DNA of 59,264 nucleotides, counting the filler, from Squatina squatina (taxonomy: Eukaryota), in NCBI GenBank assembly GCA_031763465.1. It is 3 parts of 3 records of this genome, joined end to end, with 100 filler letters (N's around TTAATTAATTAA, not from the genome) between each part and the next. Parts side by side here need not be neighbours in the genome. Positions count along the whole stretch, not along the records: positions 1 to 29,105 come from JARFOE010000194.1; 2 more parts are not named here. One strand, 5' to 3'. Below are positions 1 to 12,003 of this stretch, one piece after another (positions within the stretch are counted from its first letter, which is position 1; each line of letters starts with the position of its first letter). The notes under the pieces were generated by a model, which did not search any database, was not told where the DNA came from, and was given only the letters and a program-made list of their open reading frames with translations. The translations under genes were made by a program, and so were the position numbers.

Positions 1-416
1 TATGAATGAAAGTGTCTTGCCACTCCATGGCATAGTATATTGGTATACTTCACTCTTCTGTTCAAACAATAACATTTTCATCTGTGTGGATTGGAAGTAG
101 AGGGTACAAAGTATAATGCAAAGCCAGTCTTACTATCGATACATAGTCCATTTTCTACAAGGCTAGAAACTCCCCAGCGAAGATAACAGGAACAATTACT
201 CAAGCGTAGAACAGGCCAAGTGGGGGTAGGGGTATGAGGTCAAAGCAGGAAAATAAAGCTTNNNNNNNNNNCATTGTTCGATGCAACCATATTTCTCATT
301 TCCAATTTTTAAAAAGAAAAACGTTTTAAGCTCTTATACGCTGCTGTTCAAAGTGCTTTTCAATAAATGTTAAAGCAGACAAAGGCAAATAAGTGAGTCA
401 CAAATCAAAGACGTAC

Positions 417-499
417 CCAATAATTTATTGTCCTTTTCCTGTAACTGAATGCACAAATCATTTTTCTGCCCTTCCAACTCAGCCAACTGAGCAAGGCAT
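417..499 (-). CDS. CIP2A: CIP2A exon, C-terminal coiled coil
   Basis: AG/GT-bounded exon encoding (R)CLAQLAELEGQKNDLCIQLQEKDNKLL; aligns with recalled human CIP2A [26 protein letters not shown] and is colinear with the other CIP2A exons. Confidence 0.8.
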
Positions 500-817
500 C
501 TAAGATTCAAAACAGGAGAAATCAAAGACAAGATATTTTGCTGTTTTAAAAAAAAATCCACTTGACAAACACATGATTTCGAGCCACTGTGACTGAATTG
601 GGATCTATAAATACCACATCTAATCACAGGTCAGAAGGTTGACTTACCTATCATTTTGTTGCTTAAGAGAGTCAATTTGCTTTTTNNNNNNNNNNNNNNN
701 NNNNNNNNNNNNNNNNNNNNNNNNNNNNNNNNNNNNNNNNNNNNNNNNNNNNNNNNNNNNNNNNNNNNNNNNNNNNNNNNNNNNNAGATTTAAGCATCAT
801 TTTCAAATAGTACTTAC

Positions 818-892
818 TGCAAGAGATGAAAGCTTCTGCTCATACACATCCATTACATCTGAAAGCCTCACATCCTTGACTTGTTCCTTCGG
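818..892 (-). CDS. CIP2A: CIP2A exon
   Basis: 75-nt exon (cag...gtaagta) encoding PKEQVKDVRLSDVMDVYEQKLSSLA, versus recalled human [25 protein letters not shown]. Confidence 0.93.
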
Positions 893-1410
893 CTGTGAAC
901 AGATAAATGTATTTTTAGGCAGCTAAATAAAAACAAATCCAATTCATGATTCTCAGCTGAAAACAAAACATTTTACAGATATTCATTGCTTATATAATAC
1001 AGCTGACAACAAAACTGTCCCTCGGACAAACTTATGACCACAGGGCAGATAAAAGCACCTCAACACTTGTGCTATTAGGCCAGCTTTCAAGATGTACAAT
1101 GTCAGGAAACTGTTACAATTAAAATAAACACACTTTTTTCCCCACACAACTCTGACAGCTAAGCTTCTTAAATGAAACTCAGTAATCAATATAAACCATT
1201 TTATATTGCTCCACTTTCCTCAATTAGATTACTGAATTAAGTTATCAGTTAAATAGATTAATGAGATACATTGTGGCTCAATAATATTCGTACAGCACCC
1301 TAAAAAGTGTTAATATCAACCAGAAATAGGAGTGCAATATTAAATACATACTATAATACATAATCATATTAACAAACAACCTGTAAACCCAAGCAACATG
1401 CAGTACAAAC

Positions 1411-1591
1411 CTCCATTCCTAATTGCAATTTATCAATCAACTCGTGAATACTGGATCTGGTAACATTGGCTGTACTTGAACATTTTGATGTTACAAGGCT
1501 TGTTGAATGCTGCTGGACTGGAATTTTTTTCATTACATGGTCGGTGTTCTGTTGCTTACATGCATTATTCGCAGCAATGCTTTCTCCGAGC
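1411..1591 (-). CDS. CIP2A: CIP2A exon
   Basis: Encodes LGESIAANNACKQQNTDH...SIHELIDKLQLGME, versus recalled human LGESIAANNAYRQQETEH...NIEELIEKLQSGM; canonical splice sites. Confidence 0.93.
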
Positions 1592-2787
1592 CTGAAAAGA
1601 GCAAAACAGCATTAATGTAAAACTTCTTCCCCTCTGCCCTATGTTCAGGACAGTACATACCCACGCAGAATGAGAATACATTAGAGAACTGACACCACAT
1701 AATTTTTGCTTGAGCTGTGAAATTAGTCTGGTTTGCTACATAAAAGTATCAACACCCAAATTCTACTAAAAGTTGGAATTTAGTTTTTATTCATTCATGG
1801 GATGTGAGCGTCGCTGGCAAGGCCAGCATTTTGGAATGCTTATGATCTATGGGGACTGTGGTGCACTCGCGATTCAAAAATCAGAATGGATACTGTAGGG
1901 ACTCAATTTAAAATGTCCACTGGCTGTTACTACAACACAGTGCACACTTTGTAGCTAAATTACATTTTGTGTGTGTAATTTGTGCATTACAAGATGAATC
2001 AGAATTTTGTCCCCATGTTTTGTAATGCAATGCAGCTCTTATAAGTTACTCAAAAATTAAGCTACTAGTGGATTGTAACAAGACATCAACACCAACAGCA
2101 AAAAAGTTACAGGTTGTCAAAATATAAACCTGATAATTACAGTTGGAGGTCATTCCTCTGTCCACTATTTTAGCTGAGGTGTTATCCTGTACAATGCAAT
2201 AACTACAATATATATACTTNNNNNNNNNNNNNNNNNNNNNNNNNNNNNNNNNNNNNNNNNNNNNNNNNNNNNNNNNNNNNNNNNNNNNNNNNNNNNNNNN
2301 NNNNNNNNNNNNNNNNNNNGTGAATCTCTGAGCACCCAAGTTCACTGTTGCAACTGCCATCTGCTTTCAATCCACTGTCGGCCTCAATAATGGAATCCGA
2401 ATGCCTGGTCTTGACCGATACAATTACGCTAGATGTTCTGACAACCATTCTCTGTGCTAAATAGAATGGATAATTTGTGGCCAAATGTGCAGGAGGCAAA
2501 CCACAAATAAATATTGTGTGAAATGATTGAACTTTGCATTGCGCAGCTTGTATAGTGTACAAGTTTTGATTACATGCAATTCAATAATTGGTTTGGTGTT
2601 CAATGGTTTAAAAAAGTGTTCCTGTACTGCTTCATTAAAATTACTCAATTCAAAGTACCGGACAGTTTGATTCTTTTTGGGCAGAGCAGAACTCACAATT
2701 AACAGGAATTGGATTTACTGCAGTCATAATTTCAGTTTAGTATATTCCAAACAAAAAATTAAATTAATGTATCAATAAATTTCTTAC

Positions 2788-2884
2788 CAAAGATTTTAGA
2801 TAGGCTTGAACAGAAAGGTTGTGACGACACAGGTTTGCCATCAACCCTAGACATGGCAGAGTTAGCTCATCTTCTGGGGTTTGA
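2788..2884 (-). CDS. CIP2A: CIP2A exon, armadillo-repeat region
   Basis: Encodes [32 protein letters not shown], versus recalled human [32 protein letters not shown]; gtaag donor. Confidence 0.95.
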
Positions 2885-3068
2885 CTANNNNNNNNNNNNN
2901 NNNNNNNNNNNNNNNNNNNNNNNNNNNNNNNNNNNNNNNNNNNNNNNNNNNNNNNNNNNNNNNNNNNNNNNNNNNNNNNNNNNNNNNAAAGAACATTGTA
3001 AAAAGAAAATGAAAATGGTTGTAACTGAACCAGAGCATTCAACTTAATCTAGCAAAACAAAATCATAC

Positions 3069-3216
3069 CTAACTGTGAGAGTAATCCAATAATTTTCAGA
3101 GTTAGTGTCACTTTTATGTTAGGATCACCAACAAGTTCCACAAGACTGTTCAGACATTCACTTGGTAAACTTTGATTTGTTGCAAATACCATTACTGCTT
3201 TCATTCCACAAATTAC
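3069..3216 (-). CDS. CIP2A: CIP2A exon near the N terminus (likely exon 2)
   Basis: 148-nt exon encoding [49 protein letters not shown], versus recalled human [49 protein letters not shown]. Confidence 0.93.
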
Positions 3217-4621
3217 CTAGAAAGATATGAAAGAATATTTCAAAATTAGTTTCCTAGATATTTCTAGGCTAGAAAAGGTTTAATTTTATATAAAGGACAG
3301 TGCAATGAACATAGTCTATGGCCCTTCTAATCTGCTTATCCAGGAGCTGTTAATCAATTTCTATTTCAGCTATTATTCTCCACTCTACTATTCATAGGAA
3401 TATGAATACAAATTACAGTATTTAAACTGTATTAAACAAGAACAGGATTTAGCCATCCTGAAGGTTGGACCCCTGCAGTGAGCATTGCATATACTGTATT
3501 CCTCCAATGACTTCACAAAGACAATATTATATACTTGGTGAGCATTGGAATTTTTAGCCAGCATTAATACAGTGCTTGGAAAATATTGTTTTATAACAAT
3601 CGTGATGTTTAAGCCATGTAGGAGATAACATCAGGGCCACTAAGAGTGGCAAAACAAGTCAAATGGTGCTCTGGAATTTTTGCTGATGCATTGGGGATTA
3701 AAACTCTATGACTCCATTATTTTGTGAAAGCCATAAAATCAATGGTCTATATTTTATAAAATTATGTTTATATTATAAATTATATAAATTCCTTCTTTAC
3801 TTACATATCTAATTTTTATCCTTTATCAGTTTTAAAGCAAAAAATACAAAGCAATATAATAAGCAAGGTGTACCAGTTACAGTTAGACACGGCCCCACAG
3901 TTCCTGGAGATGGAGGGGACACAAGTTCCATTTACACTGGGAGTGTGACCTGGAATATGAGAGAGATCCCAGTGCACGAAGATTCTGCTCTCTTTTGACC
4001 AGAACTTGAAATTCCAGTTGGGAGCTGCGGGCACCCAATAACATGTCAAAGGGACAGGTCGGGGAGCTGCCAGAAGTTCCTCCCTTGAAACGCTTTAACG
4101 GAAATTACATTCGTCACGTTCCGGCATTAGTTCCTTTGAAGTCTTTTGAATGCCCAAAACCTTCTCAATGGATCGGTGACCTCCTCTACTTGGACTGGCT
4201 CCACTGGACGCCACGGAATTTCCTCCCNNNNNNNNNNNNNNNNNNNNNNNNNNNNNNNNNNNNNNNNNNNNNNNNNNNNNNNNNNNNNNNNNNNNNNNNN
4301 NNNNNNNNNNNNNNNNNNNNNNNNNNNCTCTTATGGGTCTGCCAACAAGTTAATAATCCTTTAAATTGGATCGCCCGCCTCTGCAGGACATGTGGTTGTG
4401 ATGCTGACAGACGCGCCCAAGGGAAAGGCGCGTGGGGACAGGATAAGGTGGGTTCCCGATCCACTGCAAGAAATTTCAACTTTCCCACCTGACCCGCCTC
4501 CAATCGCGCCCGGACGAACCCTGGAAATTTTCAGCCTTTATATCTCAATGAGGTTTCCTTAGGCTCCTTATTTGTGTACAAACATTGTGGTTTTTTTTTC
4601 TGATTTTTTTATTTTATTTAG

Positions 4622-4930
4622 GTGACCAGTGTAGCTTGTGCTTCCTATATAGCTATAAGAAAACCATCATTCAAATTCTTTATGAAGTGGAAAATCTCAT
4701 CAGCATTGCTAAAAAGCTGCTGTCAAGGAAAGCTATAAGTAAAGAGGAAATAAAGATGTTAACTGCAACCCCGTCTGACCAAAGGCCAGAATCTCTGATG
4801 GAACAAATGACCACCCATAAAGAGCTCTGGCAGATGGGAGAGCTAGTGTTTGTCCTGGCTGAAGAACAAGACAGGATTCCCAAACTGAAGCCTTTATTTG
4901 AAGAGTTTGACCGAGAGTTTGCGAAATTCA
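4622..4930 (+). CDS. Symmetric phase 1-1 exon encoding a CARD/death-fold-like helical domain, probably part of DZIP3
   Basis: Strong polypyrimidine tract plus AG and gtaagt donor; 309-nt open frame FLYSYKKTIIQIL..LISIAKKLLSRKAISKEEIKML..ELVFVLAEEQDRIPKLKPLFEEF. Lies on the DZIP3 strand, upstream of the DZIP3 HEPN-like exon. Confidence 0.65.
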
Positions 4931-6685
4931 GTAAGTTGGGTACATGATCACAGTTTCAACAAGTTTATTCAGACCGATGCAATTAATCTTCAGTTTTCAA
5001 AATGCCAAAAGCAGCACCTGAGCACAACACTCTTAATCTGTGACAGGCAGACAGCAGCAACTAGTGTCTGCTTTAGATCAGAAACAAATTGTGCAGCTTT
5101 CTTTAAAGCCAATTACTTCTGGGCTCCAAGCTACTTTCCTGTACACGACTGTCCTTTTACTGCAGAGAACAGAATTTTATTGATGATTGGTTATTCATAC
5201 TGTCAAATGCTCCCTTCACACTTTGACTTGCAAGGAGAGGGAAATGTGTCAGCCCATTGTGTGACTCTAATTCTGAACCAAAGAGGAAGATGACACCAGT
5301 TATTATGTTTTAATAATTATATTCCATACTGTTTTTCAATTGCTTTCTGCACCCCCCACTCCACAACATTCACCTGTTAAGAACACCTTCATTATGCTCT
5401 ACAGTAGGGAATCGCAGGATTAGAACTCTTAATTACTAAGTGTCATCGTGTCAATGACCTAAAAGGATGGCCTAGGCTTTCTGCCATTCCCCACCCCTTT
5501 GATTGGGGAGCATTTCCAGTGGGGCAGGAATTCCATCAGCTCCTGAGGTGCCCCCTGACTCCAGCCATATTTCTGGCCCAGCATCATTTACATATGGGAG
5601 ACAGGCTGCCTGGTCTCCACCGGGGAGCAGCGGTAGTTTTGGGCGAAGAATTGCTTTGGCAAGCCTCGGGGACTTCCCACAGCAGAAGAAAGAGATGGCA
5701 AGCAAGCAGGCTGTGGACAAATTTCCCTTCTCTGGTTGATGGGACACATACCAGCTACACTCTTGACAGCATTTGAGCAAGCCTATTTTGTATATTTGCG
5801 CAGAAGCCCCCTCTGTCAGTCTTGCAATTCTGGATGGCGGCCTCTGAGTCCAGCATCTGAAGCGTACAAATGGCGTGAAACTCAGCAGAGATCATGTTTC
5901 TCTCCTTTGCATTAACTTTTACACTATGCCAGCCTAAATATTGTGCCCCAATTAGACTAGCCTGGGAATACTGTAGGAAGGTAAGGGTGAGTGATAGCAT
6001 TCTGTTTCTGCCTGCGCCAGATCTGCCAACAGCTTAGTGGGATAAGAGCTGTGAGGGGTGGGGAAGAGGAGAGAGGCAGAAGGCCCTGGGATACTGTCTG
6101 GGCTGTGCTCAGAGTTGATTGGATACTGCTGTCATATGACATGGCCGCCATTCCCAATTTCATTCAGGAAAATAATCCGGGTAATTCGCAGTGCTGTTGG
6201 TTGTAGGTTCTGAGCTATGCTAGTCGTGGTACAAAGATTTTACAGGAACCAATGCAATTATAGTTTTTTGTTTAGTTGCCCCAAATGTATTGTAGACTAT
6301 GAGCAGAATTAAGAGGGGTAAATAAAGGAGCCATATATTAGTTTTACTGAAAACTCCTACAGAGTCCTTATGGAACATTCATGTCCTTACTTTTCAAATC
6401 TACAATGTGCCCAAAGTGTAATGAAAGATAAATGAACAGTTTAGCTGAAAATGACAAATCTCCAAAGCAAATTGAAACTTAGAGTTGTACAGTTGTAAGT
6501 TTACAAAAATAATTTTGGGTTTTTATTATGTGCAAAAAGTCTAATGTTTAAAAGTGACTGGTGGTACCTACATGCATGATATATTACAATGATAAACCAC
6601 TTATGTTATATGTGCTTGCTAACATTTAGACAAAGGCCGTGTCCCTAATTTTGGAAATGTTTTGCTCGTGGATCCTCTTTCCCAG

Positions 6686-6833
6686 AACATGGATTATTCC
6701 TTGTTTTACCGTCTCCTTCATCTGCTCATAATAAAGGGTACAGAGATCATTTTGCAGATATTTGATCGGGCAGTACCACCTCCGATACTGAAAAGGGAAC
6801 TACTGAGAAATAAACGCACTCTGGAACCTTATC
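6686..6833 (+). CDS. DZIP3: DZIP3 exon, start of the HEPN-like domain (runs into a gap)
   Basis: Encodes NMDYSLFYRLLHLLIIKGTEIILQIFDRAVPPPILKRELLRNKRTLEPY, versus recalled human KLDYNYFYHLLHIIIISGTDIVRQIFDEAMPPPLLKKELLIHKNVLESY. Confidence 0.92.
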
Positions 6834-7442
6834 NNNNNNNNNNNNNNNNNNNNNNNNNNNNNNNNNNNNNNNNNNNNNNNNNNNNNNNNNNNNNNNNNNN
6901 NNNNNNNNNNNNNNNNNNNNNNNNNNNNNNNNNCGGTTATGTTAGAAATCCCCACCTCAGTGCTCCCTCACAATGTGGCAATAATAAGTGATAATTTCCT
7001 TCCATGTTATATGAACTCACTGAAACTATTATCACAATTTTGAGCTAGAGAATAAAATATCATCTATTATTTTCTGGATTACTCACAATATTGTTATCCT
7101 TCAATGTGGGTTTTACCTTGGCAACACACAACAAGTTGGTAATCCTCATCACAGTTAGAGCTACTGCTGGCAAACATGTACCCCAAATCAAATCAAATCA
7201 TGCTATGAAGCTCATAATCTGCCTAAAAATAAATAAATCAATTTTAAAATAATAGCAATGAGTATCCTGGAGTAATGTCAATGTTGAAATTTCTTCTCTG
7301 TTTTTTGGTGGCTGTTATAAACTGCTTGAGCGTAACTTGTGTGGTTATGATGTGAAGTGAACTTCCTGATTGAAATGCTGTCTGCTCCCAGGCATCCCTT
7401 CAGTTGGTAATGCTTACAGCTCTGTTGCTCCTTCTATGGCAG

Positions 7443-7539
7443 GTCACTGTGGAATAAGGACAAAGCTAAACTAGAAGATGTAACTGCAAAAAACATTGTA
7501 AAATTAGTAGAGGCAACAAAGCGGGCGGTAGCTGCTGAG
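7443..7539 (+). CDS. DZIP3: DZIP3 exon, coiled coil
   Basis: Encodes (R)SLWNKDKAKLEDVTAKNIVKLVEATKRAVAAE, versus recalled human RSQWEMEKHNLESTMKTYVSKLNAETSRALTAE; gtaagt donor. Confidence 0.85.
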
Positions 7540-7749
7540 GTAAGTGTCATTGCTAATCTTAGAGCAGATAAGAAATTGTTTGAATTATTGGGTGAATATT
7601 GGAGGTGGTTTAATATCATGGGTATATATCATGTCCATTTGTCTCTGCANNNNNNNNNNNNNNNNNNNNNNNNNNNNNNNNNNNNNNNNNNNNNNNNNNN
7701 NNNNNNNNNNNNNNNNNNNNNNNNNNNNNNNNNNNNNNNNNNNNNNNNN

Positions 7750-8170
7750 CTTCCCTTCCCAATCATGGTAATGTGTCTAGTCTATATCCAAATTATTTCC
7801 TCTTTGAAGGCGTCCCATTGTTCAATTACTAGTTTGCCTCCCAATTTTTGATTCCAATCCACCTGGGCCAGATTCCTTTAACTCACTGAAGTCAACCCTC
7901 CTCCCCTCAAGTATTTTATACTTGATTGTATCTTGCTCTTTTATATAATTGTTGTAAACCTGATGATATTATGATCACTGTTGCCCAGATCCTCTCCCAC
8001 TGAAACATGTTCCACTTGCCCCACATCATTTCTCAGAACTGGATCCAGCAATGGGCTAGAAACACACTGCTCAAGAAAGTCCTCTTGTACTTATTTCAGG
8101 AATTCCTTCTCCTCTTTGTCCCTTACACTGTTGCTATCCCAGTCTATGTTAGGATAATTGAAATCTGCAG
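7750..8170 (-). mobile_element. Degraded CR1-like LINE ORF2 fragment
   Basis: Resembles the reverse strand of elasmobranch CR1 ORF2; intronic; boundaries approximate. Confidence 0.5.
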
Positions 8171-8218
8171 TTCTTGCATCTTTATTTAATTTGTAATAAT
8201 TTGGACATTTTTTCTTAG

Positions 8219-8320
8219 AATCAGTTTGATGAACAGATAAGTTTGTTGAAGAGTGGAACTAAACTGAGCATGCGTCCACAAATAAAGATCCCACCACCAC
8301 CTCCACATCCTGATGCAGTA
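8219..8320 (+). CDS. DZIP3: DZIP3 exon
   Basis: Encodes NQFDEQISLLKSGTKLSMRPQIKIPPPPPHPDAV, versus recalled human TQYNEQINKVKQGFALSTLPPVQLPPPPPSPEIL. Confidence 0.88.
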
Positions 8321-8474
8321 GTACGTTCTTTCTACAATAATTCCTTTACAACACATTGAATTCACTGTCTGGATTAATTTTCCTCTTTGAATGATTTTCT
8401 ATTTCTGTAAAGATGTGCAGTCAAAGCTTTCATGAAACCTCAAGTAGTAAGTCTTTGGTTTCTTTTCATTTTAG

Positions 8475-8612
8475 ATGAAGCATTTTTTGGAACAGCATTT
8501 ACAGGCAAAAGCAAACAATGTGCAGGCTGGATTTGGGCAGCCCAAGTCTGCGAATGGCAGATCCACTACTGTCACAGGACAGCCAGAGGCTCCACCAGCT
8601 GGACAGGAACAG
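8475..8612 (+). CDS. DZIP3: DZIP3 exon, low-complexity linker
   Basis: 138-nt phase 0-0 exon MKHFLEQHLQAK...APPAGQEQ, in frame with the previous exon; the human protein continues MQQFL at this point. Confidence 0.75.
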
Positions 8613-9291
8613 GTGAGAACTAATAAATTGTATTAGACCAACGATAGAGACCAGTGACTCCTAGACTAAACAGGGCCTACATTAAACAGTGGGACATACG
8701 ATATCCAGTTTGGTGATGTTACTTGCAGTGGTTTGGTNNNNNNNNNNNNNNNNNNNNNNNNNNNNNNNNNNNNNNNNNNNNNNNNNNNNNNNNNNNNNNN
8801 NNNNNNNNNNNNNNNNNNNNNNNNNNNNNNNNNNNNNNNNNNNNNNNNNNNNNNNNNNNNNNNNNNNNNNNNNNNNNNNNNNNNNNNNNNNNNNNNNNNN
8901 NNNNNNNNNNNNNNNNNNNNNNNNNNNNNNNNNNNNNNNNNNNNNNNNNNNNNNNNNNNNNNNNNNNNNNNNNNNNNNNNNNNNNNNNNNNNNNNNNNNN
9001 NNNNNNNNNNNNNNNNNNNNNNNNNNNNNNNNNNNNNNNNNNNNNNNNNNNNNNNNNNNNNNNNNNNNNNNNNNNNNNNNNNNNNNNNNNNNNNNNNNNN
9101 NNNNNNNNNNNNNNNNNNNNNNNNNNNNNNNNNNNNNNNNNNNNNNNNNNNNNNNNNNNNNNNNNNNNNNNNNNNNNNNNNNNNNNNNNNNNNNNNNNNN
9201 NNNNNNNNNNNNNNNNNNNNNNNNNNNNNNNNNNNNNNNNNNNNNNNNNNNNNNNNNNNNNNNNNNNNNNNNNNNNNNNNNNNNNNNNNNG

Positions 9292-9455
9292 ATTCAAGAG
9301 ACTACCCCAGTACCTGACCAACCCGCATCCCAGCGGTCCATGCAAACTGGCAGAGGAGCAGCAGTGGCGACAGCAACAAATGTAGGAATCCGTGGAAAGA
9401 ACAGCTTTGAGAGAATTATGGAGAAACTTTCGACATCCTATCCACAGTTTACCAG
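9292..9455 (+). CDS. DZIP3: DZIP3 exon (5' boundary next to a gap)
   Basis: Ends NSFERIMEKLSTSYPQFTR, versus recalled human MNWERITDRLKTAFPQQTR (region shared by TTC3 and DZIP3). Confidence 0.85.
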
Positions 9456-9638
9456 GTTACTATCAGTGGCTGAAATTCTTTGTTCACAGGAGTGCATCCA
9501 ATAGTAGCTTGTTTTCTCCAATCAAACTTTTGTTTCTTTGGTGAACATGTGATTAGGAGCAAGCAATTGATGCATTGATTTTTGTTTTATATCTGAGGAA
9601 CATGTAAAATGAAAAGACTATTTTTGTTTGCATTATAG

Positions 9639-9759
9639 GGGTTCATTAACAGACTTCTTGAAAGAAGTAAGGCTGTCCAATGGTGGATCCCTCTCGGGAT
9701 TATCCTATGATGAAATTGTTAACAAAGTAGCACGATTAGTGGAATCAAAACTCTCCGAG
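9639..9759 (+). CDS. DZIP3: DZIP3 exon
   Basis: Encodes GSLTDFLKEVRLSNGGSLSGLSYDEIVNKVARLVESK, versus recalled human KELTDFLRKLKDAYGKSLSELTFDEIVCKISQFIDPK. Confidence 0.9.
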
Positions 9760-9883
9760 GTAAATCTGAGCAATTACTGCTTTTGTAAAAAATTAGGAGT
9801 AAGCAATTGGCCTTTGTTGTCTTATGAAGAGAATTATTTTCATACCGATTTAAATATTTTCTTTTTGACTTTCTGCATTTCAG

Positions 9884-9979
9884 AGCAGTAACAGTGGTCA
9901 ACATAATCCCTCTCAGCAATCCGCTTGGCGTTCATCTAGGCAGCAGGAACTAAAGTCATGGGAAGGAGCCAGGGCGCTG
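9884..9979 (+). CDS. DZIP3: DZIP3 exon preceding the RING exon (RING itself not assembled)
   Basis: Encodes SSNSGQHNPSQQSAWRSSRQQELKSWEGARAL, versus recalled human ..PAWRPLTSQGPATWEGASNP; phase 0-0. Confidence 0.8.
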
Positions 9980-10017
9980 GTAATCTACACTTGGCACATA
10001 GTGTATTGAAGCACTAT

Positions 10018-10777
10018 GGGGGAGAAATTAAGCTCTGGTTGCATCCCACGGAGGTGCTAACGGGGTGATACTGGACAAAAGGGCACCGGGAGGCGGCTAT
10101 CTCACCTCCCCGGGGAATTCAGCTGGGGCACAAAGGTCTTTGCGCCTAGCCTGGCGAATTCCGCGGCGGGTTGGCATGTGACGTCATAAAAGACGCATGC
10201 TGACCCACACTGTGCAGCCATGATCCCTTTGCACTTCGTTTGGGTCCCACGGACGGATTCACCCACGGGACGTGGCCGCAGCACTGGGCGGTTGCAACGA
10301 CAGGGAAACTTGTCGCTGCAATGGCGCTCTTAAAGGAAGATCTGTGCGCCTGCAACCACCATCCTTATTTGTCGGCCAACTCTCATGTAGGTCAGCTGAT
10401 GGTGGCCCACGGCCAAATTGGGCCACCATCCCCTCACCTGGTGTGTCAGGCTGGTGGCCCGGTCACCGGCGTCCGTGGTGGCCCAGTGGCGAGCCGCAGG
10501 GAGCCATCAGGATGGCAGGCAGCCCTCTCCTTTAAGGGGAGGCCTGTCCGCGCTCCTGCCGACGGCGCTGATGCGGCACAGCTGACGTCGCTGGTGTGGC
10601 GCTGAGGCCACGCCAGTGGTGTCCCTGGCTGGCCGCTCAGGTTCTGCCCGGGAGAGAGGCCGGCATCGCTGTATCTCACTCCCGCCCCAGAACTCTAAAT
10701 TCTGCGGCGGGCGGGGGCATATGGGAGCCGACGAGCAAAATGCTGGCTCCCGCCCTGGAAGCGCCCAGCACAAATTG
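10018..10777. mobile_element. GC/CpG-rich interspersed element, probably derived from a non-autonomous DNA transposon
   Basis: Abrupt GC-rich island inside an AT-rich intron, starting GGGGGAGAAATT, a terminal motif that recurs elsewhere in the window; no convincing ORF. Confidence 0.4.
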
Positions 10778-11439
10778 NNNNNNNNNNNNNNNNNNNNNNN
10801 NNNNNNNNNNNNNNNNNNNNNNNNNNNNNNNNNNNNNNNNNNNNNNNNNNNNNNNNNNNNNNNNNNNNNNNNNNNNNCTTAGATACATTTTTAATTTGCC
10901 AATCAAATGCAGTGATTTTTGAGTTTGAAAGTAAAGTCATTTCAGACTTGTATCAGTTGATACTTAGCATTTCCTGTTTGCTTTGTACTTCAAACTGCTT
11001 CATAGCTTACCATTGGTTAACCTTCAGTTTCATTTAGCCCATTAGCAGTGTGACACAAACTAGCAGAAACGCTCATAACCCTGATCAATACTGAGTTCAC
11101 AGGAAGTGCTGCATTTGCCACTTAGATCAGATAACTGCTAAGTCCTATATGGTCTTTATTCCATAAACAACCATTTCACATCCTGTGGCAAACCAGCTTA
11201 GTTGAAAAAACATGTATTTTTTTGCAGTCTATCTGGGCAGCACATTGTAGATTTAAAATGAGAGCTTCTGAAAGTTTATATATTCACAATGAAAGTTTAG
11301 AACTGGAGCAGCTTCTTCGTGACAAGGAAACACCATGAGTTCTGCAAATTAAAGAATGATCAGTTGCTTAATAGAATAACATATTATCGAATTGTACACT
11401 GTGATATTTAGAATTTTATGTGTTGAATATAAAACCACA

Positions 11440-11760
11440 GATAATTTGGACCTTCTTGTCTGTGCCGGCTCCTTAATATTTAAAATTAGTCGCACTCCCC
11501 TGCTCTTTGCTCATAGCCCTGCAATTTCTCCTTTTCAACTATCCATCCAATTCTCTTTTGACGTTACTATTGAATCTACTTCTACCACCTTTTCAAGCAG
11601 TGCATTCCAGATCATAACATCTCACTGCGTAAAAATAATTCTCCTAATTTCCCCCCTGGGTTCTTTGCCAATTATTTAAATCGGTGTCCACTGGTTACCG
11701 ACCCTCCTGCCAGTGGAAACAGTTTCTCCCCCNNNNNNNNNNAACCCCTCATAATTTTAT
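11440..11760 (-). mobile_element. CR1-like LINE 3' end
   Basis: Clearly similar to 13480-13860 (tccaatt..ctttt..ttactattgaatct..ccacc..gcagtgcatt..cag). Confidence 0.7.
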
Positions 11761-11774
11761 TTAAGGAACGTGTT

Positions 11775-12003
11775 CAAGGTAGGTCACCTCCTATTTCTCA
11801 TCTACACGCTGCCTTTCGGCGACATCATCTGAAAATACAGCGTCAGTTTCCACATGTACCTCACCACCACCTCTCTTGACCCCTCCACTGTCTCTGAATT
11901 GTCAGACTGCTTGCCCGACATCCATTACTGGATGAGCAGAAATTTCTTCATTAAAAAAATTGGAAAGGCCGAAGCCATTTCTTCGGTCCCAACCACAAAC
12001 TCC
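11775..12003 (+). mobile_element. L2-like LINE reverse transcriptase fragment
   Basis: Degraded RT-like text (LFLIYTLPFGDII.., LSDCLPDIHYWMSRNF..KAEAI), typical of L2 RT. Confidence 0.65.

Noticed and set aside
2130-2456. Two AG/GT-type candidate exons on the CIP2A strand (DNTSAKIVDRG.. and QRMVVRTSS..)
   Set aside because: Neither matches the CIP2A exons expected at those positions, and the second has a stop in the required phase; treated as intronic.
5472-6206. Several short ORFs on both strands, faintly suggestive of a decayed Harbinger Myb/SANT gene
   Set aside because: Similarity too weak to support by eye; no intact motif.
8689-9345. Long ORFs in the supplied track (also 46852-47457 and 55061-56006)
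   Set aside because: They are made almost entirely of X residues from N gaps.
10102-10773. Cluster of overlapping GC-rich ORFs
   Set aside because: No recognisable domain; explained by high GC content within a repeat-like island.
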